Below are positions 58,226 through 64,000 of a stretch of 64,000 nt of DNA, piece after piece. Below the pieces are notes generated by a model. It was not told where the DNA came from. It saw nothing but the letters and a program-made list of their open reading frames with translations, and searched no databases. The DNA lies in assembly GCA_965208125.1 (NCBI GenBank), contig OZ242320.1:672001-736000 (forward strand), written 5' to 3'. Source of the DNA: Candidatus Latescibacterota bacterium (lineage in GTDB: Bacteria > Latescibacterota > UBA2968). The translations under genes were made by a program, and so were the position numbers. The first letter of the stretch is position 1; each line of letters opens with the position of its first letter.

Positions 58226-58875
58226 GCGGGCAATCCCACCTGTTCATCGAGCGCAATACAATGGTCAAAATTATCGGTAATACGATGATCATGTGAGGCC
58301 ACCACCAGAGTAGCCTGAACCTCTTGCGCCGATGACGTGAGCAAATCCAACACCTGTTTGCTGCGCGCGTCATCCAATCCAGATGTCGGTTCATCGGCCA
58401 ACAGCAATTGGGGGCGGTTAACAACAGCCCGAGCGATTGCCACGCGCTGTTGTTGACCAAAACTCAGTTCCGATGGATAAGCATGTTCGCGACCTGCGAG
58501 ACCGAGAGCCGCAAGCACCTGTTGAACACGCGCTTTGTCCTGCTGTACACCGGCCATATAATGCGCCATAAGCAAATTTTCCAGCACCGTAAAAACCGGG
58601 AACAGGTGAAATTGTTGAAAAACAATGCCAATGCGTTGCCCGCGAAATTGATCACGAGCGGTTTCTGTCAGTGCATAAATATCCTGTTTGGCAATATGCA
58701 CACTGCCCTGTGAGGGCTTTAACAAACCAGCTATAATATGCAAAAGCGTCGTCTTCCCGCTTCCCGATGGCCCGTGCAACAGCCATTTTTCATCGGGCTG
58801 AGCCTCAATATATTCTGGCAAGTCCAATACAAGACGACCGCCATAAACATGCCCAACGTGTTTAAGTGCAAACAT
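58222..58875 (-). CDS. ABC ATP-binding protein (ZrgB-like)
   Basis: GPSGSGKTT, LSFGQQQRVAIARA, LADEPT, SHD. Confidence 0.93.
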   Translation of the reverse strand: MFALKHVGHVYGGRLVLDLPEYIEAQPDEKWLLHGPSGSGKTTLLHIIAGLLKPSQGSVHIAKQDIYALTETARDQFRGQRIGIVFQQFHLFPVFTVLENLLMAHYMAGVQQDKARVQQVLAALGLAGREHAYPSELSFGQQQRVAIARAVVNRPQLLLADEPTSGLDDARSKQVLDLLTSSAQEVQATLVVASHDHRITDNFDHCIALDEQVGLPA

Positions 58876-58949
58876 GAGATAGTACTCAAAAAATGCGATG
58901 TGTGACTTCAAAATGTGCCGTCAAAATCGAGCGGATGAGGCAGTTTCGG

Positions 58950-60170
58950 TCATGCGGGCTCCTCGGTCATGATAAGCTCCGGAAACGGGTTCCGGAACCC
59001 TGCCCAGGTCTTGCTGTTAGCGGAGGCGAGGCGCTCGTCGAGCAGGCACGCGTCGAGGCGAGCGCGCATCGACGCCTCGTGCATCTGCTGGCCGATGAAG
59101 ACGAGTTGCTGCGCGCGATCGCCGAAGCGAGGATGCCAGTCCGGATGCTGGTCAGGGCGCTGACCCTCGGGGTGCCCCCAGTGTTCGCGAGGCACGGCCG
59201 CCCACCACATCCCGACGGGGTTCACATTGATGACGCCGCCGGCTTGAGACCACTCGTAGAGGATCCGATGGTCAGCGGCGACCCAGAAGAAGCCCTTCGA
59301 GCGGAGCACGCCGCGCCAGTTCTCGTCGTCGTGCAGAAGCGCCCACAGCTTCTCGGCGTCGAAGGGCTGCGACGTCCGATAGGTGAAGCTCGAAATCCCG
59401 TACTCCTCGGTCTCCGGCGTGTGCTCACCCTGAAGCTCTCGAATCCAGCCGGCGGAGTGCGCCGCCTTCTCGTAGTCGAACAGGCCCGTGTCGAGCACGC
59501 ATTCGAGCGGGACCTGTCCGTGCGTCGCCATGAGGACCTTCGCGCCGGGGTTGAACGCTTTCACGATGGCCTCGACCTCGAGAGCCTGATCGTCGCTCAC
59601 GAGATCGAGCTTGTTCAGCACGATGACGTCGGCGAACTCGATCTGGTCGATGAGCAGGTCGGTCACCGTCCGGTGATCTTCTTCGCCCAGCGACTCACCG
59701 CGGTCTTGGAGCGCCTCGGAGGCGTTGTAGTCCCGCAGGAAGCGCGCCGCGTCCACGACTGTGACCATTGTATCGAGGCGCGAAACCTGACCCAGGCTCA
59801 CACCGTTCTCGTCCTCGAAGGTGAAGGTCTGCGCGACGGGAATGGGCTCCGAGATCCCCGTGGACTCGATGAGCAGGTAGTCGAAGCGTCCCTCCTGCGC
59901 GAGCCGTGAGACCTCGGCGAGCAGGTCGTCTCGCAGCGTGCAGCAGATGCAGCCGTTCGACATCTCGATCAGCTTCTCCTCGGTCCGCGAGAGTTCCGCA
60001 CCGCCGCGCTCAACGAGCGTCGCGTCGATGTTGACCTCGCTCATATCGTTGACGATGACCGCGACGCGCATGCCCTCGCGGTTGTTGAGCACGTTGTTGA
60101 GTAGAGTGGTCTTACCTGCGCCGAGAAAGCCGGACAGGACAGTAACGGGAAGTCTCTCTGACAGGGGCAC
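58950..60170 (-). CDS. COG0523 G3E metallochaperone GTPase (ZigA/YciC-like)
   Basis: [28 protein letters not shown], CobW_C domain; GTG start after GAGG. Confidence 0.93.
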   Translation of the reverse strand: MPLSERLPVTVLSGFLGAGKTTLLNNVLNNREGMRVAVIVNDMSEVNIDATLVERGGAELSRTEEKLIEMSNGCICCTLRDDLLAEVSRLAQEGRFDYLLIESTGISEPIPVAQTFTFEDENGVSLGQVSRLDTMVTVVDAARFLRDYNASEALQDRGESLGEEDHRTVTDLLIDQIEFADVIVLNKLDLVSDDQALEVEAIVKAFNPGAKVLMATHGQVPLECVLDTGLFDYEKAAHSAGWIRELQGEHTPETEEYGISSFTYRTSQPFDAEKLWALLHDDENWRGVLRSKGFFWVAADHRILYEWSQAGGVINVNPVGMWWAAVPREHWGHPEGQRPDQHPDWHPRFGDRAQQLVFIGQQMHEASMRARLDACLLDERLASANSKTWAGFRNPFPELIMTEEPA

Positions 60171-60250
60171 TTTAGTTTCCTCTCTTAAAGGGTGATGACA
60201 TACAACAGCGAATCGTTCAAACCGGTGGCGATTCAGTTTGCGGTCGTGCT

Positions 60251-61297
60251 TCACCTGTTGCCCACTCGCCAAACCGTTGCGCCGCCCTGAGCGTCGAGCG
60301 CAGCAAGCCCGCGTCCATCTGGTCGCCAGTACAAGGCGCTGACAACATCTGCCATAAGCGCAACTCCTATCGGATTGCCTTGTCCATCGCGCCTAAGTGA
60401 CCACACAACTACGCCGCCATCCCGAGCTCCCGAGGCCAAGCGCATCCCGCGGCGAGCGAAGGCGAGCGTTGTAACAGTTTGAACATGAAGTTCTAGAGCG
60501 CCGGGCCGCGTGCCTTCGGGACCACTTCCCCAGAAGCTCCAGACCGTCACCGCCTCGCCTCCGCCGGTGGCCAAAAGGGTGCCAGTGTCATCGAAGGCCA
60601 AGGCCGACGGCTTGGCAGGATATCCTGACATCATCGAGTCCTGCTCCGTGGAGCGACGCCAGAAATGCACCGAGTTGTCCTGGCTGCCGCAGGCCACGAT
60701 ATCCCCGTCCGGGCTCAGTACCATCGACACCAGGGAGCCCCTCCACTCCAGCTTCTGGCGAAGTTCTCCAGTAGATGCGTCGAAGAACGTCACCCGACCG
60801 TAACAGGCCGTCGCCAGCTCCCCTGCGCTGGACCAGGCAATCGCGCTGACGGTGCTGGGATGATCATCAGATCGCCAGACTTCTCCGCCGTCCACACCAT
60901 ACGCGCAAACCTGCCGGGAGCAGGAGGCCGCCAGCCATTGGCCGTCCGGCGACCACGCCACGTTCTCCACCCAATCGCTGCCGACATCGATAGCCTGTTT
61001 TACCTGACCTTCGGCGACACCCCAGATAAGGACTCGTCCGTCCTGGCCAGCCGTAGCGAACGCGGTTCCGCTCGGGTGGATCGCCATCGCGAGCACACCG
61101 CCATCATGAGCTCCCTGCCGGGCCCAGGCACTTGCGCCGGACTTGCCGTCGAACGCGTAGATGCCACCCGCGGCGTCACTGACCACCAGCGCCTCACCGC
61201 GGAGGGTCCAGCCCCCGGCGATGGCGTAGTCGCCGACCGCCGCAGACCAGCCCCGGCGAAGAACACCCTTTGAGCTGACGACATTCAAATCAGACAT
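60251..61297 (-). CDS. WD40-repeat beta-propeller protein
   Basis: [39 protein letters not shown]. Confidence 0.9.
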   Translation of the reverse strand: MSDLNVVSSKGVLRRGWSAAVGDYAIAGGWTLRGEALVVSDAAGGIYAFDGKSGASAWARQGAHDGGVLAMAIHPSGTAFATAGQDGRVLIWGVAEGQVKQAIDVGSDWVENVAWSPDGQWLAASCSRQVCAYGVDGGEVWRSDDHPSTVSAIAWSSAGELATACYGRVTFFDASTGELRQKLEWRGSLVSMVLSPDGDIVACGSQDNSVHFWRRSTEQDSMMSGYPAKPSALAFDDTGTLLATGGGEAVTVWSFWGSGPEGTRPGALELHVQTVTTLAFARRGMRLASGARDGGVVVWSLRRDGQGNPIGVALMADVVSALYWRPDGRGLAALDAQGGATVWRVGNR

Positions 61298-62631
61298 GCC
61301 TCGAATCCCTGCCGCATGCTCTGCTCATCGAGGTTGCGGCCGATGAAGACGAGCTGATTGCGCCGGGGCGCGTCTCCCCATGGACGCTCCGGCTGGCCGT
61401 CAAAGAGCATGTGAACCCCCTGGAAGACGAAGCGAGACGACTCACCCGCGAGGCTGATGAAGCCCTTCATTCGGAAGATGTCCACCCCGCGCTCACGAAG
61501 CAGTTCGCCAAGCCAGATGTCGAGCCTTTCGGAATCTACGTCGCCGTCCATCTCAATCGCGATCGAGCCGACCTCGTCGTCGTGCTCGTGCTGTGCGACC
61601 CAGGTACGCTCGACCTCTTGCTTGATTGTCGCTCCTTCCGCGTTCGTCAGTTGGAGATCAAACTCCTCCGCGGTGTGCTGGGCGTATAGGCCAACCCGCA
61701 CCTGCGTATCGACCTCCAAGAAGAACGACTTGCGCCCTGCGGAATCGAGTTGGAGATTCACATGCTTTCCGACAGGAATATCTTCCCCCGGGCGAATGAG
61801 CTCCGCAGGTTCGGCGTACCGCCGCACACTCCACTCCGCGCCCTCACGAAGGGCAGCGTCATCCGTGCCCTGGTCGGGCACGACGACGAGCGACATCGTC
61901 GGATCAGGTCCATCGGCGAGGCTGAGTTCGTAGCGGCCGATATCGAGCGAATAGACGCCAGTCCATTCGAACGGATACTCCGGCTCGAGGAAGGCGGGAC
62001 GACGCTCGAGCACCTGGTCCAGATCGAAGGCACCGAGGTTGAGTACCGTGTCCAGGGAGACGTTCGCTCGCTCGCTACGCACGACTTGCGCCATTCGGTT
62101 CATGTCCTGGATCCGAGCCTCGAGCCTGTCGAGCACCTCGCTATTGACGAGGTCCGTCTTGTTAAGAACAAGGACGTCAGCGAACGCGATCTGTTCCGTG
62201 CTCTCATCGCTTCGTCCGAGCTGCTGCTCGATGTGGGCTGCATCGACGAGCGTGACGATCCCGTCAAGCGCGAACTCCGCGCGAATCTCGTCGTCCATGA
62301 AAAAGGTTTGAGCGACCGGACCGGGATCGGCGAGCCCCGTGGTCTCAACCAACACGTAGTCAAACTTGTCTCGGCGCTTCATGAGGTTGCCGAGCACGCG
62401 AATCAGGTCTCCGCGCACCGTGCAGCAGATGCAGCCGTTCGACATTTCGAAGATCTCCTCGTCAGCATTTATGACGAGCTCATGATCGATGCCGACCTCC
62501 CCGTATTCGTTCTCGATCACGGCAATGCGCTTGCCGTGCTCCTCACTCAAGATCCGGTTGAGCAGAGTCGTCTTGCCAGAGCCGAGGAAGCCGGTGAGGA
62601 TGGAAACAGGTACTTTTCGCGGTGTGTTCAT
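61285..62631 (-). CDS. COG0523/CobW-family GTPase with an inserted domain
   Basis: TGFLGSGKTT, ENEYGE, GCICC, ETTG, NKTD; about 130-aa insert before CobW_C. Confidence 0.93.
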   Translation of the reverse strand: MNTPRKVPVSILTGFLGSGKTTLLNRILSEEHGKRIAVIENEYGEVGIDHELVINADEEIFEMSNGCICCTVRGDLIRVLGNLMKRRDKFDYVLVETTGLADPGPVAQTFFMDDEIRAEFALDGIVTLVDAAHIEQQLGRSDESTEQIAFADVLVLNKTDLVNSEVLDRLEARIQDMNRMAQVVRSERANVSLDTVLNLGAFDLDQVLERRPAFLEPEYPFEWTGVYSLDIGRYELSLADGPDPTMSLVVVPDQGTDDAALREGAEWSVRRYAEPAELIRPGEDIPVGKHVNLQLDSAGRKSFFLEVDTQVRVGLYAQHTAEEFDLQLTNAEGATIKQEVERTWVAQHEHDDEVGSIAIEMDGDVDSERLDIWLGELLRERGVDIFRMKGFISLAGESSRFVFQGVHMLFDGQPERPWGDAPRRNQLVFIGRNLDEQSMRQGFEACLI

Positions 62632-62819
62632 CTAGTTCTCCTGGAGCAGAGGTACGAGTATTGGAATTTGGACGTCGAATCCCCACGCCGTGCAGACCCG
62701 GACCAGATCCTTGGCGTCAACGGCGTCCATGGATTTGTGTAGCTTGTGAAGCTGTGGCACATCGGGCCGAAGCAGGCCGATCACGGTTTCGACGGGCGCG
62801 CAGCCTTCTGCTAGATGCA

Positions 62820-62945
62820 TCAGCGCCCTTCCCGGCATGGCAATCGAGGCAAAAACAGGAACAGGAGGGGAGCGATCAGACAGTGGACCGTGCAGGGCGA
62901 CGCGACGATCCCCAATTGATTCCACCGCTCCTGGGCGACCGTCAT
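62820..62945 (-). pseudogene. Truncated MerC-like gene
   Basis: ATGA overlap with the fur stop; MTVAQERWNQLGIVASPCTVHCLIAPLLFLFLP then an early stop. Confidence 0.6.
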
Positions 62946-63334
62946 GCCGCATTGCCACACGCATCACAGGTTCCGAGCAACACCACCTCATGTCCCGTCA
63001 TCTGAAACCCGTCTGGAACCAGGGAATCGAGGCCCTCGACACAACCGAAGAGGTCGAACGCGTGGTCGCAGGTCGAACAAAGAAAGTGATGGTGATGCTC
63101 GCGGTCCTTGGGCTCGTACCGAACGCCGCGGCCCAACACCTCGACCGACTCCAGCGTGCCTTCCTCAACACCCCTTTGGAGCGCGCGGTATACCGTGGCG
63201 AGACCGATACTCTCTCCGCTTCCGCTCAGGCGGCTCCACAGTTCCCTGGCGGATAGGGGGCCGTCCGCTTCGCTAAGGGCTCGCAAGACGGTTAGCTGCT
63301 GTTTCGCTCTCTGCTGTTGATTCGCTCTTTGCAT
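62942..63334 (-). CDS. Fur/Zur-family regulator
   Basis: SIGLATVYRAL, HHHHFLCSTC, GTCDAC. Confidence 0.92.
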   Translation of the reverse strand: MQRANQQQRAKQQLTVLRALSEADGPLSARELWSRLSGSGESIGLATVYRALQRGVEEGTLESVEVLGRGVRYEPKDREHHHHFLCSTCDHAFDLFGCVEGLDSLVPDGFQMTGHEVVLLGTCDACGNAA

Positions 63335-63340
63335 GAAGAA

Positions 63341-63369
63341 ATGATAATCAATTCTCACATTACTGTCAA
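63341..63369 (-). promoter_or_regulatory. Leaderless-type promoter containing a Fur/Zur-like box
   Basis: TTGACA-N17-TATCAT-6 nt-ATG; dyad TGAGAATTGATTATCA overlaps the spacer and -10. Confidence 0.7.
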
Positions 63370-63379
63370 GACTTAATGG

Positions 63380-63440
63380 GTGACTACTCCCAACGCTAAA
63401 GCTGTTGGGTTTTACGGGCTTTTCGGATAAAACCGTACAC
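63380..63440 (-). mobile_element. Orphan IS200/IS605-type right end (hairpin plus TCAC)
   Basis: Minus strand aaaacccaacagctttagcgttgggagtagTCAC. Confidence 0.6.
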
Positions 63441-63601
63441 AACGGGTGCATCAACGGACGGCAGATGGTTGAGAAAACAGATCAAACGCAGAAAGGACGA
63501 TCAAAAAATCGGCGGGGAACTGCATTGAGGTGAGAGGAAAAACTGGTGGAAAAATCGGTATCAAGGGTTACAGTGACGAGTGACACAACAAACTTCCGAT
63601 T

Positions 63602-63988
63602 TCAAAGAATTTGAAATAGCGCATGATTTTTGAGAGCACGATCAAATGTGAGTGTTTTATTACATCCAGCTTGTTTGCTTTTATGACCAAGTAGATAATC
63701 CGAAAAATCTCCTTTATTTTTTTTATAATCGGCCAGTGCTTTCTCCATCAGTGCTTTATTGTCAAAAGCGAATTGACGTGTTTGAAGTATTTTTCTAAGT
63801 GTGTCTGAAATCGTTGACCTGTCATAATTATATGCCGTTTCCAGAACCCAAACCAGTTCGCACATGCCCATGGATGTGATGAAAAAGGAGACGTTATCTG
63901 TCTCAATTTCGCGTGCTGCGATTCTCGATTGTTCAGGATCATCTTGCGTAAGATAACGAACGAGTACATTGGTATCCAAGCCCATCAT
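63602..63988 (-). CDS. vapC: PIN-domain (VapC) toxin
   Basis: GLDTNVLVRYL, ELVWVL, DFSDYL, TFDR. Confidence 0.9.
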   Translation of the reverse strand: MMGLDTNVLVRYLTQDDPEQSRIAAREIETDNVSFFITSMGMCELVWVLETAYNYDRSTISDTLRKILQTRQFAFDNKALMEKALADYKKNKGDFSDYLLGHKSKQAGCNKTLTFDRALKNHALFQIL

Positions 63989-64000
63989 TGATTTTTACTA

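Noticed and set aside
62632-62991. 119-aa hypothetical CDS
   Set aside because: It overlaps fur and the MerC remnant in another frame and is probably debris, though its 3' part may be a gene fragment.

Overview
Bacterial chromosomal window of about 50% GC, rich in PhyH/TauD dioxygenases, aldo-keto reductases, MacB-type permeases, an ankyrin protein and a dockerin-like tailed protein. By inference only, this gene mix resembles a marine or sponge-associated Latescibacterota-like genome. Housekeeping genes (eno, rluA family, psd, rimO, folA, thyA, purH with a ZMP/ZTP riboswitch, hemQ/chlorite dismutase family) alternate with accessory patches. These include a REP-bounded stack of toxin-antitoxin and defence debris (25-28.6 kb), an AlbA_2 ATPase gene inserted between rimO and folA, and a MerR-sigma70 operon whose promoter is bracketed by two palindromic operators. 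The last 17 kb is a minus-strand metal (probably zinc) scavenging island: Fur/Zur, two COG0523 GTPases, a WD40 protein, a Zrg-like ABC/DUF3299 module, MerC, a His-rich lipoprotein, and a tandemly duplicated 3.3-kb unit (small uORF, lipoprotein, TonB-dependent receptor). The best candidate for a new system lies in that unit. Each copy begins with a His/CxxC membrane uORF ending in an RSPP arrest-like motif. Its last codons form a 14-bp stem with the Shine-Dalgarno of the next gene, and the pairing survives in both copies through different G-U wobbles. This suggests a metal-sensing ribosome-stalling switch. No tRNA, rRNA or CRISPR array was seen. All family assignments come from motif recognition, not database searches.
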